DNA of 64,000 nucleotides. Origin: Mobula hypostoma (taxonomy: Eukaryota). The stretch covers positions 24,740,001-24,804,000 of the forward strand of contig NC_086109.1 in NCBI RefSeq assembly GCF_963921235.1, written 5' to 3'. Numbering within the stretch: the first letter of the stretch is position 1; each line of letters begins with the position of its first letter. Under the pieces are notes generated by a model that was not told the origin of the DNA, searched no databases, and was given only the letters and a program-made list of their open reading frames with translations. Made by a program: the position numbers and the translations under genes. This document shows, in pieces, positions 24,147 through 36,760 of this stretch.

Positions 24147-26571
24147 TATTATTACAGAAGGCAATTAAGATTAGTCCATCTAGGGAGATGGCAGCTAAAG
24201 ATGCACTGCTATCACGCACATCTTCCCAAGTTCATAAAGAATGTTGGTATAAGGATTTAGACTGACGAAGCTGTGGCAAGAAGGGACATACTGAATGTAC
24301 CTGTAAAAGTAAAAAGACACTGTCAACCAGGAATAATGCAAGAAAAAAAATACTTTTGGAAAAACAAAATGAAGCATACTAAGGATGGACTGAGTGACTC
24401 TCATTCTGCGGCTGAAGAAGATTTGCGTGTTTTGTCTGTTTCAGGGCACAAAGACAGCTACTGGGAAACCCTTTGGCAGAATGGGATCACCTGAGGATAC
24501 AAGCGGACAAGGGTGCTGCAGTATTGCTGGTGTCAGAGACAGCTTACAAGGAGAAGTTGCAGTATTTCACCCCAGAAGGGGCAAAGTTGGCTTTTAAGGC
24601 TTATGGTGAAGTTGTTCCAGTGAGTTAAGTGGTCCATCTTCCAGTGAAGATTAATGAACAGAGAAAGAAACTTTCACTCTGCATTGCTAATGGTAGTTAT
24701 CCAGCATTTCTGGGCCACGTGATTGGAGCAGCTCAAACTCAGCTTGCAATAAGTGCACTTGATTGGTGGGAGCACTGATCTACAAGAGAAATCGAAGACA
24801 CACGCAGAAGTATTCAACAGTGAATTGGGCAGTATGAAAGGAACTGTTAAACTGGCTGTTAAACCTGACACAAAGCCCAACTGCCTGAAGGCGTGCCCTC
24901 AAGCCAAAGGAAGAGACTGAATTGGAAAGACTAGTCCAGAGTAAGGTGTGGAACCACTGTGTGCAAGTAAATAGACAGCTCTAGTGGTTCCTGTCCTAAA
25001 AAGGAATGGGTCTTTAAAGATTTTTGGGGACTCCAAGGTAACCATTACCTCAGTTCTTACAGCTGAACAACACCCCCTTCCCCTCACTGACAACATTTCT
25101 ATGGGATTGGCTGGAGGACAGACAATTAGCTAGACTGAGTTGTGTCAAGTATATTTACAGATGCATGTGGGGACTGAGTCACAAGAAATGTTGATCATAG
25201 TGATTCACAAAGGAATATTCAGGTACCAATGGCTTCATTTGGCACCACCTCAACTCCCCTACTATTACCAGAAACAATGGACCAGATCCTCAGTGGCTTG
25301 ACAAGGGTGCAATGCTGATTGGATGACTTACTCATCATGGGGAAAATCAGTGTGAGCATGTACAAAACTTGGAAGCTATACTACAAGTACTCAAGGGGTA
25401 TGGGCTAAAAGTCTAGAAAGACAAGTGTAAGTTGTTTCAAACTTCCATTGAATATTTGGGCCATGTGAACAACAACTCAGGGCTTTGCAAAGCACCAAAG
25501 TCAGTTGTGGAGGCTCCATCACCACAGAATGTAAGACAATTAAGATCTTCCTTAGGATTGCTAACATACTACGCAAAGTTTGCTCCTAACCTAGCAAAAA
25601 TGCTGAAACCACTTCATGAGCTTTCAAATAAATCAACACACTGGCAGTGGACTGAGTGAACTTTTAAAAAGGCCAAAAAGAGCTTTGACACAATTTGAAG
25701 CACTCATACACTTCAACTCTCCATTGTCCATACAGATGATCAGCGATGCTTCACCCTATGGTGTGGGGACAATTACCTCACATATCATGCCGTCAGGTGA
25801 AGAGTGTCCAATTGATGTTGTGTCAAGAATATTATGCAAGGCAGAAAGCCACTATATTCTGATTGAGCCATGAATTCCTCTTTGGTCAATGATTAACACT
25901 AATGACAGATCATCACCCCTTGACATTAATTTTTGGTCCACATGCGGATGTTCCTTCCCTGGCTGCTAGTCTAATGCGCCATTGGGTTCTTACTATCTGC
26001 ACATCAGTATGATGTGAAGTACAGGAGATCCAACCACCATTTGAATGTTGATGGGCCATACAGGTTTCCCTTAGCTGTTAAAGCTCCAGAACCATCCCTA
26101 AAAGAGATCTTTTACTTCAAGGAAGTATCTACAGCTCTGATATCTGAGGTACAAGTCTGGAAGCACACATATACTGACCCTGTTCTCTCTAAAGTGGCGG
26201 AATGGAAAGGAAAGCTAACCATAGAATTGAAACCTCACTATGTTCGATGGAAGGAGCTTACAGTCCAAGCAGGATGTTTACTATGAGGCTACCATGTTGT
26301 CATTCCTCCATCATTAAGAAACCAAGTGCTTGACAAGCTGTATGCTACACTGTGGTGTAGTGCACATGAAAGAAATCACAAGCAGCTACTACTGATGGCC
26401 AAGACTGGATGTAACCATTGAAGAGAAGGTCAAAGCATGCCCACCTTGTCAGTGAATGAGAAATGTTTCTTAGCTTGTTCCATTGCATCCATGGGAATGC
26501 CCTGAAGAACCATGGCACTGGATCCACATTGATTTTGCAGGACCTGCAGAAGGCCACACTTTCTTGGTTGT

Positions 26572-27014
26572 GGAGGTGGTGGCATCCGTTAGTCTTGCGA
26601 GACCATGGATCTGCGCCTGGAAAGTCTCGCTCCAGTCTGTTGCAGTGAGGCAATGTTGGAGTGTCCTCTCCAGGGCGCAGGCCTGAGCAAGGTTGTATGG
26701 AAGATCGGCAGTTGCCTATGCAGCAAGTCTCCCTTCTCCACGACACCGATGTTGTCCAAAGGAACGGCAAGGGCCGATACAACTTGGCACCAGTGTCATC
26801 GCAGGAGTTGCCAGAACAAGGTTGAAGGCAATGTTGGACTGCCTTAGGTACTCCAGCTCCGGATTTGTCCTCAGGGTTTACTCCTGAAGCCTTTCCCAAG
26901 AGTGGGTATGGCCTCAAGGCAGTGGAGGTTTGAAATCAGAGTTTTCCTTCTCTTAGATGGACTGCCTTCCCAGGCTGACGAGCTCCATCTACCTGAAGCA
27001 CTGGTTTTAAGGCA
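26572..27014 (-). mobile_element. Non-autonomous retroelement (probably RTE-related) inserted in Gypsy integrase
   Basis: 9-bp TSD CTTGGTTGT (26563-26571, 27015-27023); splits integrase HTFLVV|VDA; its 3' part is shared with the SINE at 40852-41156. Confidence 0.8.
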
Positions 27015-28002
27015 CTTGGTTGTAGTGGACGCACAAAGCTTATGGCTTGAGGTTGCCATCATGGAGATGACTACATCAGAAAAATGCTGTTTTGGGCTTC
27101 CTCAACAGCTTGTAAGTGACAATGGCCCACCACTCCTGTCTGAAGAGTTCAAGACATTTATGGAAGCAAACGATATTCAGCACATTGAGTCAGCACCATA
27201 TCATCCAGCCACTATTGGCCTTGCTGAATGATTCATACAAACAATGAAAGAAGCCCTCAAGATTTCAGAGGGCAGTGGATCCCTCAATCCCTCAATCAGT
27301 GTTTAAGCATTTCCACTAAAATAGCTCTAGCCACTCCATTGATGAAAAGACAGCTTCACATCTGACTTGATCTGCTTAGACCCCAAACACAAAACGCATT
27401 GTGCTAAATGAACAGAGAAACTCACTCAGAGGCACGTGCCAAAGCAAAGCACAGATATTTCACAGCAGTAGAGAGAATACTTGCCCGGAACTACATCACT
27501 GGATCAAAGAGGATACCTGCGACGGTGGTGGCATAAACTGGTCCTGTATTGTACACAGTGGAAACTAGAAACCATGACATCTGGAGAAGGCAGGTTGATC
27601 AGATGTTGCCCACGTTTGAGCTACTGAAAACCAACACAAACTGAGCAATCCAGATCCAGCTGTAGAAATGGGACAGAATTCAGAGACAATGACTACGGAA
27701 CCCCACTAAGGTCAAATGACACAGCCAGTGCTCCCCCAACCTGTGTTTTCTTAGGTGGCCCCTACTGACTATATTGTCAAGCCAAGATCTATATATACAC
27801 CTCCAAGAGATAAAATGATTTTGGTGTTGTCCCCAATTCATTGGTACCCTCAGAGGATCATGGGGCCTCCAGACAGATTGAATCTCTAGTTTAGTGACTA
27901 ACCCTCATCATGTGGGGAAGAATAATCCCCCAGAGCTATGTCTGGAAATCGTATCAGTCTACCATCTTCCTTTAGTTTAGAAAATAAAATGTTTTTTTTT
28001 GT

Positions 28003-28578
28003 TAAAAACACAAGAAATCCTGCAGATGCTGGTAATCCAAAACAATACACGCAGAAATGATGGTGGAACTCAGCCGGTCAGGAAGCATCCGTGGATATTA
28101 ATGAACAGTCGCTGTTTCAGGCCAAGACCACTCATCAGCACTGGAGAGGAAGAGGGAAGACGCCAGAATAAAAAGGTGGGGTGGAGGAGAAGGAAGATAA
28201 CTGGAAAGTGAGGGATCAAGCCAGGTGGAAAGGAAAAGTGAAGTGCTGGAGAGGAAGGAATCTGATCGGAGAGGACAGTGGACTGTAGGAGAAAGAAAAG
28301 GAGGAAGGGACCCAGGGGAAAGTGATAGGCAGGTGAGAAGAGGCCAGAGTGGGGAATAGAAGAGAGGAGTGGGAGGGAATTTTATTTTCCCTGGAAAGTG
28401 AAATCAATATTCATACCATCAGGTTGGAGGCTAGCCAGATGGAATATAAGGTGTTGCCCCTCCACCCTGAGGATGGCCATGGACTGAGATGTCAGAATTG
28501 GATTGGGAATCAGAATTAAAACACTTGGTCACCAGAAATTCTGCTTTTGGTGGGTGGAGCGGAGGTGCTCAACAAAGC
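28003..28578 (-). mobile_element. Penelope-like element 3' portion (end of GIY-YIG ORF plus pLTR)
   Basis: Minus strand LRVEGQHLIFHLASLQPDGMNIDF, then pyrimidine-rich UTR and CAGTG-CTGATGA...GAAACAGC-GACTG at 28106-28143. Confidence 0.85.
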
Positions 28579-28579
28579 T

Positions 28580-28975
28580 GCAGGAGCCGCCGGAAGGATG
28601 TTCAATTATGTCCAGCCGCCTTAGGGGCTCCACTCTGGATTTGCTGTCTGGCTTTAGTCCCTTAGACTTCGTCTCTCCCGAGGCTGCCCACAAAGCAGTG
28701 GAGCTATTTACCCATAGCTGGGGATCTGGTTCATGAGCACGAGGGCATGTCCACACACTGGTGGGCCTGCCTGCTACGAGTGCAGTGGCCAGACGTCTAC
28801 TCTGGCCTCAGTAGTTCGGCCTGAGTCCGAAAGGAGTTCAGTTTCCTTGTGTTGTCAGCAAGGAGGCACTACGGGAGGCTTGCTGCTGGGGAGCCTATGT
28901 GCTGGCAGGGAGAGAATTACACATTCAGTTCTCCTTTTCGCAAGACTGCTGGCCAGCAGTGGAAGCTGGAAGTGA
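28580..28975 (-). mobile_element. RTE-like 5' UTR fragment
   Basis: GCCTTAGGGGCTCCACTCTGGATTTG resembles GCCTTAGGTACTCCAGCTCCGGATTTG near 26841-26867. Confidence 0.45.
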
Positions 28976-29330
28976 GAACGACAAGCACTACCACACTGGA
29001 CGTATCACAACAACCATTTTGACACCTGTGAAATGGACTATTGTGGCACATTTTAACTTCCTCTACATGAGTACATGCTGAGGAGCCTGCATTTGCACAT
29101 GGCCAAAGTCTGCTCAATCAGAGAACAACATCCACGATTCTATAGCGGTACGTCTGCAGAAACATCCCCTCCCATATTTAGTTGATCATGCTGTCAGATT
29201 CATGCTGAAGCATTTCAAATATTGAAAGAATTTTATGAATGAACACAATGGAGATAACATCAGAAATTCAGGTGTGCCGTTGAAATATTTTTCAATGCAT
29301 AAGCTGAACCTACTGTAAAATGTTTCTCAT

Positions 29331-29490
29331 AAACACAAGAGATCCTGCAGATGCTGGATCTAGAGTGACACATACAAAATGGTGGAGGAGCTCAGCAGGT
29401 CAGACAGCTTAGAAAGGAATAAACATTCGACCTTTTGGGCTGGAACCCTTCATCCTTCAGAACTGGAAAGAAATGAGGAAGAAGCCAGAA
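29331..29490 (-). mobile_element. Short PLE-derived insertion
   Basis: AAACACAAGAGATCCTGCAGATGCTGG terminus; degenerate ~15-bp flanks TAAAATGTTTCTCAT/TTAAATGATTCTAAT. Confidence 0.75.
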
Positions 29491-30796
29491 ACTTAAATGA
29501 TTCTAATATGTAATACCGATGGTCAAAGTTTTCTAATAAAATTAGAAATCTATTTTCCATTTTTTTGAACTCTTATTTTATTTTAGCAGGTTAGTTTTGT
29601 TCAACATGACAGCTGGGAAATTTTTCTTCACATTCCATTTGAGAAATAGGCAGAAGATTGAGATTGTGGGAAGACAATGATGACTGAGCAATTAAAAGTG
29701 ATAGTGGGAGTATTTTGAAGAACATTGTTCTGAGGGGTATGTTGATGATAGATGTTCTGAAGGATCTGTTGATAGGCCATGTTGTGAGAGTCATTTAAGG
29801 AGATGCAAGTTGAAGAGAAACATTGTAAGTGAGATGTTTTCAACAAGGGATCGCACTTCTCTTTTGTTGAAGTTTTAGATGGAAATCACCATGTAAACAG
29901 GCCATCAATCTTGTTAATTACCATCTGCAGGAGTAGTGTCCTAACTTTGGATAGCCACTCTGTCCTTTTATTTCTTCACTCCCCCCCACCGACCCTTCAA
30001 AATCTTATTTCGTCACATACTGTAGAAAAATACAATACAAAGAGACCACCATTATCAGACTAATTTTTTAAAACTTTAAATTAATCCAATTTTCCTTCCC
30101 TTTTTTCTCATTTTTGTTGTTCAAATAGTTAGCCAATTCCATTTTCAAATTTACTGTATTGTCCTGTGTTGACCAATCTTTCAGACAGTCAATTCCATAT
30201 TATAAACATTTACAAAGCAAATATTTTTATTCAGTTTTTAAAGTTGATTGTAATTTATTATCTGTATTAATGAATAGTGAATTCATACCTTCACTGATTT
30301 TTTTTAAAATTTTAAGTCAGTTTGGTTCCAAGCTCTATGATTCCTTGATTCTGTCCTCACCAATCTCTGTGCTTTTACTTCCACTTCTGCATGTTAATCT
30401 GTGGATTTAAATCATTTATTCACAGGATATAAATGTCCCTGGAAAGATAGGCTTTCATTGTCAGACCACAATTGTTAAAGAATTTCTGGTGAAGATACTC
30501 CCACAGTGCTTTTGAGGTAGGGAGGTTCCAGGACTTAGGCTCAGCAAAAACAAAACATTGGTGTATGCCTTGGAAGGAATTTAGAACTGTTGGTGATTTG
30601 GTTGGGGGAAACTCATCAGATTGACTTCTATAACCCAAAGGGAATGCAGATGTAATCCGATAATTCAGAAGAAGAAGTAAATGACTGCAGTTGCTGGAAG
30701 GAGAGCAGGGAACAATGCTGGAGGAACTCCATGGATCACACAGCATCAGAGGGAGAAAGGGGACAGAAGTACAGCAAACCTGATGTAGGGTTTCAA

Positions 30797-31756
30797 TGCA
30801 AAATGGCAATAGTTCCTTTCATTCCATTGATGCTACTCGACCCATTGAGTTCATCTTGCAGATTGTTGATCTAATTACACAGAACCTGGAGTTGTGCACT
30901 TCTCCATTAGCAAATCATATGGGAAGCAAAATACTCTTGAGAAACAAGACCCAATGGGTATCTTGGAGATTATGAAAAAGGTTAGATATAATACAGATAA
31001 AAAAAGTGTTCCACTTTTTAAAAAAGCCAAGACAATATACCAGCTGGCAAGATAGAGCAGTTAGTTGGGTGGTGTAGCAGCAGCAACCTGGCACTCAATG
31101 TCAGTAAAACAAAAGCGCTGATTGTGGACTTTGGGAAGGGTAAGACGAGGGAACCCGTACCAATCCTCATAGAGGGATCAGAAATGGAGAGAGTGAGTAG
31201 CTTCAAGTTCCTCGGTGTCAAGATCTCTGAGGATCTAACCTGGTCCCAACATATCAATGCAGCTATAAAGAAGGCAAGATAGAGGCTATAGCTCATTAGG
31301 AGTTGAGGAGATTTGGTTTGTCATCTAAAACTCTCAAAAACTTGTATAGATGTACCGCGCAGTGCATTCTGACAGGCTGCATTCTAACAGTCTGGTATGG
31401 GGGGGGGCTACTGCACAGGACTGAAAGAAGCTACTGAAAGTTGTAAAATTTGTCAGCTCCATCTTGGGTACCAATCTCTGAGACATCTCCAAGACATCTT
31501 CATGGAGCAGTGCCTCAAAAGTATATTATGTTATATCTAACTTTTTTTTTATCATCTCCAAGATACCTATTGGGTCTTGTCTTTCAAAAGTATTTTGCTT
31601 CCTGTATGATTTTCTGATGGAGAAGTGCACAAATCTAATCTGATCTAATCTTTAAAAATCCAGGTTCTGTGTAATTGGAGCAACAAACAATGTACAGGAT
31701 GAACTCAGCGGGTTGAGCAGTATCCGTGGAAGGGAAGGAATTGTCGCTATTTTGCG
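30797..31756. repeat. Inverted duplication, arms about 30797-30997 and 31525-31756
   Basis: e.g. CAAGACCCAATGGGTATCTTGGAGAT versus ATCTCCAAGATACCTATTGGGTCTTG; AATTACACAGAACCTGGA versus TCCAGGTTCTGTGTAATT. Confidence 0.9.
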
Positions 31757-32116
31757 ATGTTTATTTTGAGGACCCCCATCACCCAGGGCATGCCCTCTTC
31801 TCATTGCTACCATCAGGAAGGAAGTACAGAAGCCTGAAGGCACACATTCAGCGATTCAGGAACAGCTTCTCCCCCACTTACATACGATTCCTAAATGGAC
31901 ATTGAACCCATGAACACTACCTCACCTTTCTTAATATATATTATTTTTGTTTTTGCACTATTTTGAATCTATTTAATATACATATATATATACTTACTGT
32001 AAAGTATTTACTTATTTTTTTCTCTTTCTACACTATCATGTATTGCCTTGTGCTGCTGCTGTTAAGTTAACGTATTTCACTACACATGCCGGTGATAATA
32101 AACCTGATTCTGATTC
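31045..32116 (+). mobile_element. Rex1/Babar-like LINE 3' fragment, interrupted at about 31520-31765
   Basis: [32 protein letters not shown]; same AATAAACCTGATTCTGATTC tail as 1713-2918. Confidence 0.85.
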
Positions 32117-32327
32117 AATATGAATATAAGGTCATCTTTAATAAATAAAACAGAATACAAGAAAATGGTCAGTGTGTGAAATGCTTTCACGAACAAGTGA
32201 GAAGAGAAAGCTAGGTCAATTCATGAAGGAGAAAGGAATAAATGTCATGTGATGAGGCAAGTTGCATAACGGTTGGAGAATTAATGGATAAACTGGACTG
32301 AACAGTCTATTTCTATGTTGACCCAAT

Positions 32328-32526
32328 CACCAGAAACACGTGAAGACACTAACCTTTGACCCCATCAGAAACATGGGAAGCGAACCAATCTCTGAACCCA
32401 CTGGAAACTTATATGGAACCACTAAGTTCAGTCCTCATTAGAAACCGGTGAAGGAGAACTGATCTCTAACTCCACCAAAAACCTATTGGGACACTAATCT
32501 CTGACTTCACGAAATAGCCCTGGGAC
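32328..32526. repeat. Degenerate minisatellite, about 5.5 units of 35-37 bp
   Basis: Recurring CAYCAGAAAC...ACTAATCTCTGAC pattern. Confidence 0.7.
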
Positions 32527-33859
32527 CAAGAGTGAAGTCTCTCATCTCCATTGCAAACAGACCTGCCTTGACAGGCTTATTTCTATAAATTCAAAACCAT
32601 AACTTTTGTTGGGATCAGATTAGAAATCTGTTTTAAAAATAACATTTTCCAAAATCAGACTAAGTACCTAATCTTTCTGAGGCCATGAGAGGTTCTAAAT
32701 CACATCTGGACTTATCCTAAATGAATTTCCCCTCCTGTTGATGGTGTCAAGGATCTATATACACTGCTGGGTAATGCCTGTGGACATCTTGTAACATCCT
32801 AAAGCACTTTAATGCAGTTTTGCCAATCAGAGTTGTGAATACTGTAAATGGCATTTATCAGGTTAAATCACAGACAACAATTAAAATGCTCCTGGTCAGG
32901 GCCTGCTAATGAATGCATTGCAACTTCAGTTCAAATCAGGTTATTTTTCCCGTCAATGCTTTTTCTTCTACACTTCCCAGGGCTAAAAATAGTGGGGTTA
33001 ATTTAGCCTGGCACCTGTTTACTTTACCAGGCCAGACAATGACAGTCAGCACCTCCTCTTTCTCAGCTCCCCTCTATTCCCCTTGTGCTACTTAACATCT
33101 AATAATTACCCCTTATTAACAACACATCAAAGTCAATTAGTAGAATCCTCATTGCTGTAAAAACCCAGAGATATGTGTATCATTCCTCCCACACAAAGCA
33201 CAGTTAGACAAGCTCTTTTACCTGCCTAAATAATGACTATTTAAAAATAATTTTTATATAAATGACAGACTAATTTACCCAATTAACATAAAATTAAGCT
33301 GAAAACATAATTAAAATTAATTTCTTAAATAGCTTTTAGTTTTTTTAAATTTTTGTCATTTGCAATGAGCTCTGTATTTTTGCTTCTGGGGTCCTTTGAG
33401 TCTGTATAACTCTACCAGAATGGCCACTACATTTCTCTATTGTGCCTTTGGCAAGCACACTCCTGGATCTCACAGAATTCTTGGCTGTGAGCCCAGGCAT
33501 CAGATGTGCTTTGCAAATCTTCTCTTTCATTGAGAAACTCAGACAAAGCATCCTGGCCCTTGGGGCAGGACACCACTTACTAGCCTGGAGAGATGAGGTA
33601 AATCAAGGACCTGGGCCCAGTTGACGCTGAGTTTCAATTTCAAAAGACCATGGATTTGGAGAGATAAGGAGCCTCCTAGTTTTGAGCTACTGGGGAAAAA
33701 TAAAGTATTTAATTGGACAAGGACAATTTAGTCTTGATCAATGTGAGATTATAATCCACTGCACTCATATTTTATCCTCAATTAGTCATAAAATTGACAT
33801 TAGTAACCAGCTCTTTCTGCTGAGGGACTAACAATAGTAAAAGGGAGGGTCAAAAAGCA

Positions 33860-34180
33860 GAAGCAGTAGCGACTGGCACAATCGTTTCAAAGTGCCAGTG
33901 ATCACGAATCAGGGTTCAATTCCTGCTGTTGTTTGGAAGGAATTTGTACATTCTTCCCCTGACTGCAAGGGTTTCTTCCAGGTGCTCCCGTTTTCTCCCA
34001 CATTCCAAAGATAAATGGCTAGAGTTAGAGTGTTCTGAACGTGTTACGTTGGTGCTGGGAGCATGGCAACACTTGCAGGCTGCCCCAGCACAATCCTCTC
34101 TGATTTGACTTGATGCTAAAGATGAGCTTCACTGTTTGTTTTGATATTTCGATGTATGTGTGACAAATAAAGCCGATTTA
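33860..34180 (+). mobile_element. V-SINE
   Basis: GGGTTCAATTCC B box, V-domain-like core, GTGACAAATAAAGC tail. Confidence 0.75.
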
Positions 34181-34359
34181 ATGTTTTTTAAAAAAGAAAG
34201 AAGGTGAACAGGATTTAGTCAGAAAATTGTTAGCCTCATATTTCAATCTATGAAAACCATGCTATTTTCAAGTAAGAAGCACTGTATTGGAGAATGTGGA
34301 AATTTGCGTGTCAATCTTATTCTCTTTGTATGTTTGATCTTATGCTGGGTTTATACCAT

Positions 34360-34723
34360 GCAGTCTCCTCTGATCTCATTCATTAACAAAGCATTTTCAC
34401 CCATGGAACTGAAGCTCGTTGGACATATTTTTTGTTTTTCACACCATTCTCTGTTTACTCCAGCGACTGTTGTGCATGAAAATTACAGGAGATCAGCGTT
34501 TTCTGAAATACTCAAACCATCCCGCCCATCATCAACTACCATTCCATGGTCAAAGACATTTAAATCACATTTCTGCCCGCCTTCTTTTTTTGAACAACAA
34601 CTGAACCTCTTGACGATGTCTGCATGCTTTTATGCATTAGGTTGCTGCCATATGATTGGATGATTAGATGTTTGCTTTAATCAGAAAATGTACAGGTGTA
34701 CCTAATAAAGTGGCCTCTGAGTG
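34360..34723 (-). mobile_element. Truncated Tc1-derived MITE
   Basis: One TIR GTACCTAATAAAGTGGCCTCTGAGTG followed by TA; body homologous to 36235-36760. Confidence 0.75.
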
Positions 34724-36234
34724 TAGATCCTTGGGCACTCTACCACATGAGGTATGGGATAACAGTGTTAGGGGTATCTGTATTCAGTCCATTTCCTTCC
34801 TCTAAGCCTGACTTAGTCTGATCTGGCCCAGCTCTAGCCTCCTTTCACAGAAAATCTGCTACACTGAGATGTGTTTTTTCAAAGTGAAGGAATGTTTGTC
34901 TCTCTCACACATTGAATATAATATTCAACATTAACTTTAATGGACTTGCAAATAGTCAAGTAAAAACTGTAATAAAACATTGTGTCAGGAAATCAAATAT
35001 GCCTTAGTTTCAATGTGACATTATCCCACTGCTGGAGGCTATCTTTTTGTGCACTTCCCCTCCTTGTTTATCTTCTAAGGCGTGTTTGACAGGCATTGTG
35101 TTTACTGCCAGTTGAACTATACATTAATGCATATTTAGTGCTGCCAAATTCACAAAAATAATCTTTGTGGTGGTATCCTGTTACATCCTGCAATATTTCA
35201 TAATCCTGGATCACTTCACAATTGATGACGGAGAACAATAATTCAGGTAATTCACACCTGCCTACCGTAATTCGCCTGTCAATCACCAAGATGCTGCCTG
35301 CTAACACTGAAACTGGATTAATGCCTCCCTGCATCACCATCTTTCCCCCATATTATGTGTATAATTATTATGTATGCACGCAGCAACTTCGACTTATCCA
35401 GGCATGTACTTTGCTCAGCGTTCCCCTAAACATAAGCATGATAATCCATTTGATTTAATGGTTCTACTGCGATTGTGTTAAATCTTTTTTAAAAGCTTAT
35501 CAGTACTGAAAGCTTTATTGCATAGAGAGCAGTTAGCCTCTGTACTTAGTTTTATTTAATAATGTTAGTGATTATGTATTTACCTGCATCTGTACACAAG
35601 GAAGACAGTTGACAGCTGTGGAATGCCTTCATTATACATGCGTTGTTAGAACATTGTAGCACAGTACAGGCTCTTTGACTCACAATGTTGTACTTGCAGC
35701 CCATTACACAACTGTTGTTTAGGGCGGCAATGAAGTCCTCCACCTCTGGCAGTGTTCAGGGCTTCCTTCATCATGTCAGTAGCTTCTTCTCAGTTTTCAC
35801 TACTGTCAGTCACGCAAGTCCCCAATGGAGACTCAGGAATACCATTGCACTCATATGCAGACAGACTCTTCATTGCTGTTTCCCTAACCATTTTGTTTTA
35901 CCTGACAGAGATGTTAACCCTGAGCTGAACACCCATCAGTTAAGTGGGTCAGAGAAGAATTTTGCTTTTTTTTCTCCCCCCCCCCCCCCCCCGTTTTTAC
36001 TTGATGCTGGAGAACATGTCTGGAGCATCTGTGCAATATGGTGAACAAATAGATAAGCAGAAAGTCAGAGATGCATAAAATAGAATGGCAAATGCATGTA
36101 TAGGCCATTATGTTTTGAAAGATGGCTAAGCAAACAGAGTAAGAGTTGAAAATAAATAATTAGGGAAATAAATGAAGAGGCAGAAACACTGATGAATAGA
36201 CAGATAATTATAGAGAAAAATATTGAGATAAATA

Positions 36235-36760
36235 GACTCAGTAACCACTTTATTAGGTACCTCCTGTAGCTAATAAAGTGGATATTGAGTGTATGTTCCT
36301 GGTCTTCTGCTGCTGTAGCCCATCCACTTCTGGATTCAACATACTGTACATTCAGAGATGCTCTTCTGCACACCACTGTTGTAATGCATGATTACTTGAT
36401 TTACATTCTGCTCTGACCTCTCTCAGTAACAAGACATTTTTGCCCACAGAACTGCAACTCACTGGATTTTTTTTTTGTTTGTTTTTTTGCACCATTCTCT
36501 GCAGATTCTAGAAACTGTTGTGCATGAAAATCCCAAGAGATCAGCAGTTTCTGCGATACTCACACCACCCCATCTGGCACTGACAATCATCCTACACTCA
36601 AAGTCACTCAGATCATATTTCTTCCCGATTCTGATATTTGCTCTGAGCAACAATTGAACCTTTTGACCATGTCTGCATGCTTTTATTCATTGAGTTGCTG
36701 GACATGCTTCGTTGATTCGATCAGGTGTACTGCTGTACCTAATAAATTGGACACTGAGTG
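36235..36760 (-). mobile_element. Non-autonomous Tc1/mariner element
   Basis: TA-flanked TIRs (consensus CACTCAGTGGCCACTTTATTAGGTAC); ORF 36459-36653 encodes Tc1-type N-terminal HTH (DLSDFECRMIVSAR...TADLLGFSCTTVSRI). Confidence 0.85.

Larger units (their letters stand above)
22497..27890 (+). mobile_element. Decayed Ty3/Gypsy LTR retrotransposon (gag-pol with 5' LTR; no 3' LTR seen)
   Basis: gag (ERFRLHKRN; RSCGKKGHTECTC knuckle), protease (DKGAAV), RT (LDDLLI), RNase H (DASPYGVG), integrase (WIHIDFAGP; LVSDNGP; APYHPATIGLAE) in PR-RT-RH-IN order with many stops. Confidence 0.9.

Noticed and set aside
26345..26917. 190-aa minus-strand ORF as a novel gene
   Set aside because: Spans the junction of a retroposon and antisense Gypsy integrase; no recognisable motifs.
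26900..27014. HDV-like ribozyme at the 5' end of the RTE-like element
   Set aside because: A stem is visible but I could not assemble the nested double pseudoknot; a descriptor-based search would be needed.
32328..32526. CRISPR-like repeat/spacer array
   Set aside because: Units are degenerate along their whole length, variable parts are only about 10-12 bp, there are no cas genes, and the context is eukaryotic.
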